Below, one piece after another: positions 22,801 to 35,107 of a stretch of 42,851 nucleotides of DNA; position 1 is the stretch's first letter, and every line of letters starts with the position of its first letter. The notes beneath the pieces were generated by a model. That model searched no databases, had not been told where the DNA came from, and saw only the letters and a list, made by a program, of their open reading frames with translations. This stretch comes from Guillardia theta CCMP2712 (lineage: Eukaryota; Protista; Cryptophyta). The position numbers were made by a program, and so were the translations under genes. The stretch spans positions 58,419 to 101,269 of the forward strand of contig NW_005434499.1 of NCBI RefSeq assembly GCF_000315625.1, given 5' to 3'.

Positions 22801-25800
22801 CAAGAAAGCAGAAAGAAACAAGGCGGACGCACAAAGGCAGAAGCATGGAAGAGAAACAGGCAAGACACAAGAGTTTAAGAACGGGACAAGGGAGAGAGAG
22901 GAAACAAAAGGAAAGAGACGAGAAGAGGGAGTAGGGGTGGAGGGAGTAATGTAGTTAGGGAGGATAGAGGAGGGAGGACCTTTTCTTCGGCAAGCTGTCC
23001 ATGGAGGATCGAGGCAGGTCATGACCGACAGGTTTCTTAAAGACGGAGATCGCATGCTCGCAGCTCTTGAAGTTCAGGTCCAAGACGGCCCAGTAGAAGG
23101 TCTCTCTTATGTTGGTCCTCCCATCTGCTCCCTCCCCCCGGAGCTCTAGCATCAAGAAGGCATCACGACCGGCCTCGACGAGCAGCTTCCTGCTCAACAC
23201 GAGCTGCTTGTTGACGATGCCGAGGAAGAGGTCGAGGTTCTTCTCCTCCTCCTGCACGTTGACTGCAAGTGCGTCAAACTGTTTGACTGCCATCCCGTCC
23301 TGCGACTTCAGGGACGGTAAGACCGTCCAGTGCAGCTTTAGCTTCGTTCTCTTGGGTCGCGACACCATCACTACCTCCACGTTAACCACCATTGCCTCAA
23401 CCTGCTCCTCCCATCGTCCCTCCGTCTGGGCCCGAGCAGCCTTAGCCAGCTCCTTCCTCGCATACTGCGGGAGACTGGAGGCAGCAATGAGGTGCTGCAT
23501 CCAAGAGTCGATGTCAAGCTCGTCAAACCCCACAAGAAGAAGGTCGCCGTCGCTCTCCTTCCTCTTCCTCTCCTGCACAACGATGCAGTTCTGAGCGAAG
23601 CTGCAGTGGCTGACGAACTTGCCTGTGAGGAGGACGGAGGTGGAGGGAGAGGAAAGGAGCGACTTGGAGTCTTTGAAGATGTGGAGGGAGGAGCCCTGGA
23701 TGACTCCAAACCCGCTCCTCCATCGCTTGTCCTCGAACCTCCTCCACGTCACGTATCCCTGCCGCTGCTCAAACTCCGTCATGCTCGCCACCAGCGCCGC
23801 GTCCTTTCGCCACTGGCGGTCTCTCTCGGTCTCCACCCAGACATTGGGGAGAGGGGCGGAAGGGATGGGCTTGCTGGACTGAGCGGCGCGGAGGTCGGCT
23901 ATGTGGCCGAGAAGCTTGAGGCGGTTGGTCTGACTCTTCATGCCCATGTCGAGGAGGTCCAGGTCTGTCAGTTCCATCAGCTCCGTTGCGTCGATCTTGT
24001 TGACGGCAAACATGTCCCGATACTGGCCGAACCCCATCCCCTTGAGCCAGAGCAGCACCGAGTTGGTGGAAGTCGAGATCTGAAACCATTGATGAGCGAC
24101 AAGAGCGGAAAGGAAGAGGAGAAGGAAGGAGAAAAGCGAGCAGGGCGAGGGGGAAGGAGGAAGAGAGTTGAGGAAAACCTTAAAGTTGACTGTGCTGACT
24201 CCTTTCCGATCAGCCTCGTCTGCCTTCGCCGCCAGTTCCTTCATCCTCTCTGACGCGAAAGTCTGCCAGTTCCTCTCCTCCTGCACGTGCACAGGCTCTA
24301 ACGCCTCCTCGTCTTGTTTGCGAATCTTAGATGCCGGCGCCTTCCAATCGATCTTCTTGCCGAGAGATGGGTTGAGGTTGCCTTGACTGGCAAACGGAGA
24401 CTTCGACAGGGACTGAGAGGAAAGCGAAGAGGTTGTCGAGACTTGATCTGTCGACCTTCTCAAATCCTCTGATTCCAAGACCTCCGTCTCATGAGAGGAG
24501 GAGGAGGAGGAAGAGGAGGAGGAGGAGGAGGAGGAGCGTTGGACAGCAATCTCCAGCTTGTTTGTATTTCCATGTTTTTCTTGAATGTTTGCTCGAAATG
24601 GTGTATGTTGACGGGGCGAAGGCTCTTGTCCAAACTCTTGTCGCATCTGCATCGCGACATTTCCGGGCATCTTGTCAGGTGCGGTCACCGCCTCCTGCTC
24701 CTTCAGTGCAGCAGGATTCGCTACCAAATCTTGAGCCGCCAAGTGGTTGCTTTGAGTGCTAATGAGATCAGAGGAGACAAAGGAGAGGTTGTCTCCGTAC
24801 GAGCTTCTCAATTCTTGGCCGTGAGCATCTCTAAACTCGTGAATAGGCTGTGGGTTCACGGTCGACTGCTCGTCTTCCAGCCTGTCAGATTGTACGTGGT
24901 TGTCCTTCTTCTGCTTGAACACGCTCGAAAATATCTTTGCGATCGAACCTTGCTTCTTCGGGGGGTTTGCGGTTTCCAGACCTCCATCAGTCTTCACGGC
25001 AGGAGTAGCGACAACAGAGGTAGAAGCAGAAAGTGCAGGGTCAGGAGGAGAAGAAGCATGAATAGGATGAAGCTGAGTAGTAACGGCTGCACTGATGTGA
25101 GCATTGACAGAAGCAGCAGCCGCAAGATTAGAAGCTGAAGAAGTTAGGACATGAGGCTGAGACTGAGGCTGAGGCTGAGACTGAGGCTGAGGCTGAGGCT
25201 GAGGCTGAGGCTGAGGCTGAGGCTGAGGCTGAGGCTGAGGCTGAGGCTGAGGCTGAGGCTGAGGCTGAGGCTGAGGCTGAGGCTGAGGCTGAGACTGAGA
25301 CTGAGGCTGCAGAGGATTGAGATGAGAAGATGCAAAAGGAGTAGGATGCGAGGTGTCCTTCAGTTGCTCCTGCGAAATTGGAGAGGATATTTGAAAACTT
25401 GAGATGGCTTGAGCTGCAAAACTTTTGCGAGCTGTAACGATGTCAAGAGAGGAACGTCGTCTGTACCGGGTTCACCTTCAAAGTCGATTGAATTCGACGA
25501 GTTGCTGACCAGTGAAGATTCGCCAGAAGTTTGAAGCCTGTGAAAACCTGATTGAACAAAATGGTTCACGTGACACGGTGACAGGAACACACATGTCGTT
25601 GTTGTGAAGCATCGCGGAGCTTGATGTCGATTGCTGCATTGTCTGATTTATCGATGTCAATCATGAGATCAGATGAAAAAAAATCTACTCTCACTTGCAC
25701 AGGCTCCTCCTCATCTTCCTCGACCTCCTCCCCCTCTTCCTCAAGGGTGTAGAGTTTTCCGATTTGCAAGGCATCAGGAATCAGTGTCTGCACCAACAGA

Positions 25801-26937
25801 CGTCAATCACAGCATCTTCGACTTGCTGCCTTACTTGTGCTTGTGGAACCTGTTGACCTTGAGTGGTGCTGGCCGGCTTCGGAAAAGAGATCGGGGGAGG
25901 CTGGACGATCTTTTGCTGTTGTTGGGGGAGGGCAGGAGATAACGAAGATGAGGACTGGGCTGGGGGCGAATGCTGAGAGCCAGATGGAGGTGAGTGCTGA
26001 GAGCCTGTTGGCGAGGGAGAAAAAGAGGGAGAGGAAGGAGTGACAAGATTAGGAGGAGGCGACGAGATAGATTTGTTTAAAGAAGAGGAAGATGGCGAGG
26101 GAGGCGATTGTTGATTGTTGAGGTTCGGGGGAGGAGCTGCCAGTCAGGTGAGAAAGGGATGGAATATGCTTACTGAGTCTTATACCTTGAGGTGACAGCA
26201 CAGGCTGAATCATTGGAGCCACGTTCGGTTTTGTCTTGCTCTGGTTCGCATGACCGCTCTTGAGTAGTTGAGCTGGTGTGGGTCGTGCAAACAAGCTGCC
26301 TGTTCCGAGATGCGCCGAGAGGTCGTCAGAGTTTGACATTCGCATCCTCGCTATGTCTGTGCCAGTCGCCATGGCTGTCTTGGCTTTCTCGGGGTTGGCG
26401 TATGCTCCAAACCCTGGGGCTGACTGGATATCGGGAGGAAAGTTTGAATCAACAGTTGGATCTGCCTGCGCCACGGCAGGGCTGCTTTCTTGTACCTTTG
26501 GCTCTTTTTTCTTCATTCTCGCGTCTTGATTGGAAAATGATGGTTTTGGCAATGCCGAGTTGTCGTCACCATGATCTTGTGGAGAAGCCGAAACGCTTTT
26601 GACAGGAAGAGGGATAGTCTTATTAGTGGAAGCCTGCTCACGACTCTTGTCCTGATCCTGATCCTTGAAGAAGATTGGTTTTGCTCCCGTCGGCAAGGAC
26701 TTGGTCTTCTTAACAATATGATTCGTCTTTCCATGCCTATTTTCACCATTCTTTTCGAAGAATGCCTGTCATGGTTTCAGTTTTGCAAACAGCCATCTCA
26801 CGTCCGGGAGGTCAACTTGGCACCTTAGCAGCAGAGACTCCAGGGAGAGAGGAGGAGCTGAGGGCTGCATCTACCATCTCTGCCTCCTCCTCCAGCCTCT
26901 TCCTCGCCGCCATCACCTTCGCTAGCTCCGAGTCCAT
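19835..26937 (-). CDS. Large multi-exon protein: low-complexity N-terminus, SAM, PH, AIDA-type C2, PH, AIDA-type C2
   Basis: SAM: VLLWLKGMGFGQYRDMFAVNKIDATELMELTDLDLLDMGM..NRLKLL. PH1: QGYVTWRRFEDKRWRSGFGVIQGSSLHIF..DIDSWMQHL. C2-1: FLMLELRG..FYWAVLDL..ISVFKKP. PH2: QMGWVRVRVG..KAWKRMYAVRMGSSLCLH..EASAWEKEI. C2-2: ICFELRHKK..VSTKGWARV..IPMNAKP. Splice phases are continuous across 22980-22310. Start MDSELAKV at 26937; the 5' exons are less certain. Confidence 0.7.
20157..20470. repeat. (GAGCGA)n and (GAGAGG)n hexamer microsatellites inside an intron
   Basis: Direct inspection. Confidence 0.92.
25153..25308. repeat. (CTGAGG)n hexamer microsatellite inside an intron
   Basis: About 26 units. 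Confidence 0.95.
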
Positions 26938-27310
26938 GCTCGGTGTCACCCTTCAAGACTTCACCGCCACCATCCAATAAATCCCACCCACCCCTTGCAG
27001 GAAGTTTCTACCATGACCCTTCAATCAGACCACCCCTCCTAATGTCTGAATTACTGAGGGTACGGGTGCTTCAGAGGCAAGCACCCACCCTAGCACTCGG
27101 TACCCACCACCGGCACACACCAGCAGTGATTCCCCACCGTGAACAGCACTGGGCCCGCCTCTGACTCAGAGTTTCCAGAAGGGGATGGCCCGTCGATTTC
27201 AACGGTCAGGAATGTGCTGAGGAGTTGAACAGTACGGAGGAGGGGAGGGGCGAAGAGGGAGCGAGTGAGAACAGGTCACAAGAAGACCCTTCTCGTTGAT
27301 AGAGGATACA

Positions 27311-30300
27311 ATGTCTCTTGCTTCAGTTGAAGCGGGCTCCATCACATCCCGCGCTCAGCATGAATCGGGAGGCGAGGCCTACGATGACGGTCCGTCTCTC
27401 ATGGCTAAGCTCGGAACAGAGCAGTTCTGCCATCCCCTAGGAGGGGAAGAGGTTGCGGATGTGTCTCACTTCAACCCGCCTTCGTCTGCCCTCATCGATG
27501 CTGGCAGAGCTCAACACCCGATGCGCGGAATCATTCACTTTCTGGGAACCGACCAAAAAAGTGGGCAGTACGTGAACCCTGGAGATAAAGAGGCAGTGCT
27601 GCAAGCCATGGCAGGGCATATCGAAAGAATCAAGAGACATGTCTGCAAGAGAAGAGCCGACAATGAGGAGTTGCAGCATATGGTGTATATGCTCATCTTT
27701 GAGAACCCTACCTACGACGAAAACATCGCATGTCGGTTGTCGAACACTAGAAAGATCATGGCCGACATCTCCAACATGGAGAAGTATGTTGCATGTCCTC
27801 TGACAGTTGAGAACCCAAGAACGATGAGAATTGATCTAGTGAGAAAGTCTCTGTATGACGAGACGGCAAACGTTGCAAGAGAGATGGCGGAGATGGGGCA
27901 CCTAGTGGAGGTTTATGAAGAGATCGTGAGGTTAAGGGGCAAGATGTCAGAAAACAACGACAACATCCGTCAAGATCTCGCAAGGCTGCGACGACTGGAA
28001 TTGATTCGAGAGTTTGTGAGGGAGCATGGCTACATTAACATAACCTCATGCGGGTGGCAGCGAGGGAGGCAGGAAGATGTGCTTGGTGTCTCAGCCAACT
28101 ACTCTTGGAGCAGGTACGTGTGGAACTCCCCCTCTTCCGAGTTCCATCCTCTTGGTTTGCCAGGAGGAGCTTGGTTCCAGGTCGAGCTCCCCCGCGGGCT
28201 GGAAGTGTGTCCCTCCTTCTATTGGCTTAGGCACGGGGACGACGGTTGTGCGCAGGCTCCGGGGATCCGAGGGGACAGCGACTGCAGCGTGTGGGATATG
28301 GAGGGGCGAGTAGCTCTCAGTGGAGGCGTTCCTGAATCCTCCTGGGGCCACACAACCAGCGGGAAGGAAAAGTTTCGAGGATCAGCACTGACAAATTGGG
28401 AGCTGTGGGGCTCATTGGATGGAAGGAGGTGGAAACTCTTAAGCGAGCATACACAAGATACGTCGCTGCACGGCGCATGGAAGCATCAGATGTGGAGAAT
28501 CGAAAACATTGGAGAGGAAAAGTTTCGCTTCTTTAGAGTCATCATGACGGGGCCGTCAAACAACGGAGGATATTCCCTCTTCTGCTCGGGATTTGAAATC
28601 TTCGGAAGGATCGGGGAGGAGGAGGATGAGAAGCCGCCGCCTACTCCACCGATGCATCTGAGCTACATGTATCCTCAGGAGGTTCACGTCGTCAACGGGT
28701 ATCCCATCGTCGAGAACCCTTGCTCGCTCGAGTCCGGGACCAACGAAGGTTCATGCAAGATTAGCTTCTCTATCTGGCCAGACCTCCCGCAGGGTCTGCT
28801 GCTAGACGAGGCATCGGGGACGATTTCGGGGACTCTGAAGAAGGAGGAGTTGGATGAGGACTGGTTGAACATGGTCCTCGCTGCCAAGCCCATCTCCTTC
28901 CGCGTGACTGCCAGCAACTTAGTCGGCAAGGCTGAGACTGTGATCCGCATGCTCTTCCTCCTTCCGCCGGAGCTGCTCAAGTACCACCACACGGACGTGA
29001 CGTACGAGCTGGGACAAGAGCAGATCGCCTTCTCTGCTGAGCTCCTCGCCGAGAACTTTGCAAAGGGCTGGAGAGAACCAGAGTTTGGCCCTATCGACCT
29101 GCCCCGAACTGTCTCTTCCAACTCTGCTGACTTTGCGCTGGGTTCGAGCTTCGTGTGGACGGACAGTATCGCTGTGTTCACAAGGAGAGGAAAACCTGTC
29201 AGTCTGACTGGTAGCTGGCCGATGTTTGACGTGTCTCCTCCGCTTCCTGCTGGGCTTCACGTTGATCCCACAAATGGCAGGTTGACCTTCACGTGCCTCC
29301 TTGTCCTCTCTCTCATGCTCTCTCCCTCGCGCTCTCTCCGTTTCGCTCCGTCCGTGCTCCCTCTCAATTTGTTCACAATCTTTGCAGCATCGTTGGAGTC
29401 CCGCAGGAAGAGCGGGCAGGAACATGGGAGATAACAGCATGGAATCCTGTGGGGTATGTGAAGACAAGTGTGAAGATGCAGATCCTGCTTCCCCCAAGCA
29501 ACATGTCCTACGACTATGAGGAAGCGGTCCTTATCAACGAGGTCGAGATCGGGACAAACCACTGCCAGTAAGCATTAGGGAGGACAAGGGGGTGGGGAGG
29601 GAGACAGAGAGTTGAGGGCGAGAGATAGAGTGGAAGCTGATGGAAGGAGAAAAAGGGGGAGAGATGAAGGGAAAGTCGGCTGAGAGAGGAAGAGGAGGGA
29701 GGGAGAGAGAGAGGAGAGAGAGAGAGGAAGGAGGGACTGAAGGAGCTGCAGGGTGAAAGGAAGCCGTCCTCTACAGTTCAAAGCGGATTCTCTGCCTCAG
29801 GGATTGAAGTTGAACGGTGATGATGGAAGGATCACAGGATCGCCGCAGCAGTTGGACACAGACTTTCGCAAGTATGCTGTCAGATGTGCTAACCAAGTAG
29901 GCGAGACTCTCGTGATGTTGAGCCTCATGTGCAGCAAGCCGATCACCACGCAAGACGACGTGAATGTTATCTGTGAGATGTCAACGTTGCTGACAAGGTG
30001 GCAGAACGAGAGGCTTGTCAACAAGGACGTTGAGGCAAGGGTTGGCCAGAAAGTGCGAGGGACGGAGGCGTTTATCAAGCAGATGCGGATGAAGGGACTG
30101 AAGGATCCTTCTGCGACCTCTGCAAGAAATGCTCATGACAACATGAGATCCAACAAACTCGTCCAAGCGGTTGAACTTCAATCGTCTCTCCTTCCCTCAC
30201 CTCTTCGCATCTGCTCTGTTCTGCTATCATCTCGTGTTGCCTCTCGTCCCTGGTCTGTCGTCCTCCTTGTCGTCCTCCTTTCCTCTTCATCTTTCCTCCT

Positions 30301-31730
30301 TCCTCCTCCCGTTCGGCCTGGTCTCCCTCCAACATCTGACTGCACGTGCTCCTTCCGCCTGCTGGTATCCTGACTGAGCCTTGCAGGGTCGGGAGCTCCT
30401 CAGCTCTCGTCAACCGCTCACACGGGATCTCAGAAACGAAGCAGCGGCAGGACGAGGGATAATAACCGATGTCTTCATGGACGGCAACGTCTGTCAGGTT
30501 CGGTGGGACAACACGGGCCTCGTCTCCTTGTACAGCACGGGCAGGGACGGCGAGTACCAGCTCGCTCTCTGGGGGACGGCAAAGCAGCTGCAGCTACACT
30601 GGAAAACTCTCCCTGCTCCCACTCGCCGCTCGCTGCATGACGACCTCGACTTCCTTGTGGACGAGTTCCTGCAGGAGTTCAATATCCTGGCTCCTCGTCT
30701 TCATCCTCCCTGCGACCGCCAGAGACTCGTGGGCCTCTCTCACTCGCACATGCATCCTGCTATCGAGCGCGACTCGTGTCCTCGAGGCAGTGGCTTGCTG
30801 CAGGTAAGGCGAGAGCTTGTACGGCCCCTGTAGTGACATTTTCGAAGAGAATTATCCATGAACTCGATCTAGGTTGGATGGAGTCGAGGAAATCTCTGGA
30901 GGTGTGTAGAGATGCTTGTGATTGACCGAAAGCTTGCTCTAATTTATCTTTCCTCTTCTCTCTCCTTTCTTCTTCTCCTCCTTCTCTACCTCGCTTCCCT
31001 TACGCGTCTTCGCCTCGTGAACGTTCAGGAAGCTTCCCTCTGGATGGCGTTACAAACTCGTGACCGAGTAGTTGGAATGTCGATTGACTGGGATCCCTAC
31101 ATTGCCTTCATGGAGTTCATGCAGAGAAGAGAGACGTTCCGACAGGAGGGAGAGGAGGAGAGACGGACAAGTGAGGTAGGGCGGGCCGAGATCAGGAGAC
31201 AACGAGAAGAGAAGGAGAGCACAGAGATGGACAAGGGGATGAGGAGGAGGGTACAATTCGTGGAGGTTTGGTTGTTCATCGACAAAGAGCTTCGGTATGC
31301 TCTGCAAGACAATTTCTCTGAGAGGGAACGAGTGCATGCGATCTTTGAGCACGAGAGGCGGAACGTGAGGAGGCTGAACAAGCAGCAGTTTATCAAGAAC
31401 GCGATGCTCATGCGTGCGGGGATGAACCTCAACATCTCTCGCCGGAAGTTTGAGCGCCTGTTTGACAAGACTGACACGGACCAAGACGGCTACATCAGAC
31501 TCTCCGACGCCTGGCACACCCTGACAGTGCTGGAGCTGAGGCAGACCTCTCGTCGGTCCGAGGAAGACTTCACCTGGGAAGAACTAATTCGTCAAGTCCA
31601 GCAGAGACCAGCTGGGCTTCTCTCAGGAGCGGGAGACGTCCATGAAGTGGTGAACAATCGAGTGTGCGCTCCTTTTAGCAACTTTGAGGTCCAGAGCAAG
31701 AGAAAAGCTCTACAGCACTCGAGGCGATAG
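27311..31730 (+). CDS. Multidomain protein: HECTD1-like discoidin/galactose-binding domain, 3 putative Ig (He_PIG) repeats, MIB/HERC2 domain, EF-hand
   Basis: Discoidin-like: GIIHFLGT..YVNP and WFQVEL..PSFYWLRHG..ALTNWELWGSLDGRRW..FRFFRVIMTGP..CSGFEIFG. He_PIG: LPQGLLLDEASGTISGT, LPAGLHVDPTNG, LPQGLKLNGDDGRITGSP. MIB/HERC2: VGQKVRG..GRGIITDV..VRWDNTG..YSTGRDGEYQL. EF-hand: LFDKTDTDQDGYI. Confidence 0.75.
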
Positions 31731-31776
31731 GAGCGATGCTAATATGTCTGTACACGAAGTTGATGTTCCTTTCTCC

Positions 31777-33010
31777 TCAAAATCTCCCTTGCCCCTGCAT
31801 GAATGCAGAGGACGGCAGCGGATATCCTCCTCCCATTCTGCCTCCCCCCGGCATGGTCCCTCTGCTCCTGTCGCGAGCCGCTTGCTCGCTCTGCTGCACA
31901 CCCCGTATGCAGAAGGAGCAGTAGGGTATTCCTGGCTTATGATCCAGGAGGTAGAAGCTCGCCTGTAGCAGGTCTCACTTCTCTCCCTCCTCTCGCGTCC
32001 TTCCCACCTGAAGCTGCGCATTGCAGAGGGCACAGCGAAGGCACTCGGGATGCCACTGCTTCTGCATAGCGGTTGTGACGGTTCCTGCAACCTTTGTCAC
32101 TTGTCTCAGGCGCGACATGGTTACCTGCCTGTTATGGCCATGTGACAGCGAAAACACCGAGGAGCAATGTCACTGTTGTCGAAGGTTTAGGATCGAAAAA
32201 AGTATTCCTAGGCAAATACCGAGCAAAACAAGCCTCGCAGTATTGTCCGCCGAGATGTTCGCGAAAAGACACCTTCGTCTACAAGAAAAATATCATTAGC
32301 AAAAACAGAAAAGGATATTGTCAATCTCCTCTTATGGTCAGCCCTTGCAAACATTATCTCATGTTCATGTCACCCATTCTAAATTTCGTCTACTCTGAGA
32401 ATAATCTTCTGACCTTAATGTCAACCTAAACATCATCACTAGTCAAAATAGTTCTTCTTACCTTATCTCCTGCAACCTTCTGACTCTTCAATTCTCCGCC
32501 GCATCCACTGCACTTCAAGCTGGATGATGGTTGACTGATCGCACCTCCTCCTCCCCCATCCCCTTGCCGACTTTGCCCAAAGGAGGCAGCAGCAGCGTCA
32601 GTGTCCAGCGGCTTCTCCTCCGCACCACTGTGAGACAGTTCTTTGGGGTCGGGCAAGTCTGCAAGAGGCTTCTTGTTACCTCCTGTCCCTTTTTCTTTGC
32701 GCTGTTTCTTCTCATTTGCCTTGTCTCTTTTAACCTTCTCGTTCTTGGCTTCTTCGGCAAGCATCTGTTTCACTCGCTTCTTATACGGGAGTTTTCGACC
32801 CTTCTTTGAACCATTTGAGTTGTCAGATACAACTCCTGATGTGGTTGTTTCGAGGGAGAATGACTCTTTGCTGTTTCTTTGAGCAGCTTGAGCCTTGACA
32901 CCTTTGTTCCCCAGGCTCATTTGCTTCAACTGATTGTTGAGAGGCGAAACATCACTTCCTTTCGGAATTTTACACTCAACCGCCTTTCCCCTGTTCATGA
33001 GGTTCAGCAT
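31777..33010 (-). CDS. LIM zinc-finger domain protein with Lys-rich N-terminus
   Basis: Spliced CSGC...WHPECLRCALC...PYCSFC matches the LIM consensus. TGA at 31779-31777. The true start may lie further upstream. Confidence 0.75.
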
Positions 33011-33099
33011 TGAAGCAGAGATGCAGGTGAAGCAAGTTCTTATCAACCTTTTTTGCGGAGATAGTAGTTTTTGATGTATTGTCGAGACGAATGACTGGA

Positions 33100-34170
33100 T
33101 CTACCGTTATGGAAGCAAGCAAAAAGCGCATCAGTACCTGTTTGAGTGCCAATGTCATAGTTTCCCACACCAATGCATGTCTGAATGACATTGTCAAACT
33201 CAAAAGGTAAGAGAGCAGCTGGTTGAAGCGCATCACCCTCGTAGGCTTACTGCTCCCTGCTTATCCACAGAGAGGAACAAGTTTCGTTTGGTTTCCCTGT
33301 CTTCTGGAATGAATCTTACCTCCGGGAATTTCCTTGCGGTCACTATTCTAAGCTGATCTGGTCTGTGAGCAGAAACGCAGGGGGCAGGGAAAGGAGGCAC
33401 CTTCTTTGTCGCAGGATCTTGAAGAGGAAGAACAGTTCCGTTCTTCTAAGTGTCAGCAAACGGTAAGCAATTGAACCTGCTGACCTGAACGAGATGTCCG
33501 TCATGGCAGAACTCAATGGGTTGGTCAAGAACTACATGTTTGAACTGTAGAACCACATTTTCTCTCATGCGCCTTAGAATATTCAAGCAGGCCTCAAACG
33601 GAGAGAGCCACTTGCCATTAGCAATCTCTCTGCTAGAAGCGCTTGGCAAATCTAGAATTTCTACGAAGATCCTTGAAGAAGATTCCAACCTGGGTGACAC
33701 ATCGACCTTACTGCTTTGATCAATCCGAAGATATTGCAGTTTCTCTGCTTTGTCCTGGAGTGAGCAGATAAGCCAAGGACAGTCCTGCTGGAAGGATAGA
33801 TTGAATCCGTAAGGTTCGTTTTGCAAAACTAAGGCGAGTTCAGCCTCGTTCGCTTTGATAGCAAGATGTGTTTGATCTGCTGTCTGAATTTTTGTATCGA
33901 TTAGCTTCAGGATGCTCAGGTTTTGTTCTTGTCATGTGCGCTGGCAACGAATACTGCAGACTCGTTGGCATTTCTCGCACAAAACCTTGCTTGGTCGCAT
34001 CGTAGGGAGAGGAAGTATCCCGCACTGTTCTTGAAGCGCAGAGCAGGGTGAGAGGAAAGCAAGATGGGCCAAACATGGTTGTGCAGAGGAGTGAGATGAT
34101 CAGCTTCCGCAAACCACCCGAGCAGCAGCTGGATCAGAACCAGCAGCCGCCCTACTGCGCGCCCTGCCAT
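33100..34170 (-). CDS. Hypothetical signal-peptide-bearing protein (multi-exon)
   Basis: MAGRAVGRLLVLIQLLLGWFAEA-D looks like a signal peptide; there is an exon-like ORF at 33446-33826. The 3' end is unclear and may join the LIM gene. Confidence 0.4.
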
Positions 34171-34683
34171 TCGCAGTCTCCCCTCTATCTTGCCAGCGCC
34201 GGGTACTCCTGCCAGCATCTGTACGGTCACCCATCACGCAGGTCCCCCATCATGGTCACCCATCAGTGATCGGATCGCTGAGTCGGGAGTACGGTCAGTG
34301 TGGCGCTGAGGGCCGAAGTGGCCAGCCGTAGCACTCGGCAGTCACTAGCTCCGTACGGTGACCGTGCCGGCGGCAGTAGGAAACAAGGCTTGATATCAGT
34401 CACGGCGTGCTATGATCGGACTCTCACGAATCTTGAGTTGCGGGGCGGTACTACGTACGGTCGACGCCGGATCCGAGTCGCCGGTCCCAGGTAGAACACT
34501 CAGTGGCTCCGAGAGGCGGGAGCAGCCGCCGCTCGCCGGGAACGTTCCCGGACCCCGGACCCGAGCTTCAATTCATTGACTGGGACTAGGCTTCAAGGAT
34601 ACTATCAGTCACGGCATGCTCACTGAGTCAGTCGGGCTAGCCTCCGGTTCGCCCGCCCCCTCCCGGGGTTCGCCCCGGGCCCG

Positions 34684-34886
34684 GCCCCCCCGGGGACTCC
34701 CGGAGACGGACTAACGCATGGAAGAACGGCGGCTGGCTCCCAGGTACCAGCCTGATAAACTATGAGATTGAAATCTCATCCTCCTTTATGACCGTACTGC
34801 CCGACCGGCCCGTCGCTGAGTCAGTGGGAGCGATATAGGTAGACATCGGTTGATACTTGATGATTTGCGGCTGAAAAGCTCATCTT
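34684..34886 (+). repeat. ~200-bp direct repeat, copy 1
   Basis: Near-identical to 40250-40442 (GGGGACTCC..GAGACGGACTAACGCATGGAAGAACGG..TATGAGATTGAAATCTCATCC..GCTGAAAAGCTCATCTT). Confidence 0.93.
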
Positions 34887-35107
34887 GCGAGCACATGTGG
34901 ATGGCCTTGCGGGACGTGCGCAAAGGAGATGGCGAGAGGGAGAGGGAGAGGGAAAAGGAGAGAGGAAGACGGAGACGAAAGGGATAGGGAGAGGGAAAGC
35001 AGCAAGAAAAGAGCCTTTCCTGCTCTTCCTCTCCCAGTTATGTTTCGCCAACTGCCATGCAATACTCTCCCTCTCCTTCTCGCCTTCCTCTCCCTCTCCT
35101 CCCTCTT

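Noticed and set aside
34048-34269. Plus-strand Cys/Gln-rich ORF
   Set aside because: Better explained as the antisense of the signal-peptide exon starting at 34170 on the minus strand.
34745-34785. Hammerhead ribozyme (CTGAT..GAAA)
   Set aside because: The core reads CTGATAA, not CUGANGA, and GAAA overlaps a hairpin loop rather than following stem II.
34700-34886. U3 snoRNA
   Set aside because: Box C/D-like words are present, but the 5' box A'/A region is absent and the C-D spacing is too short.
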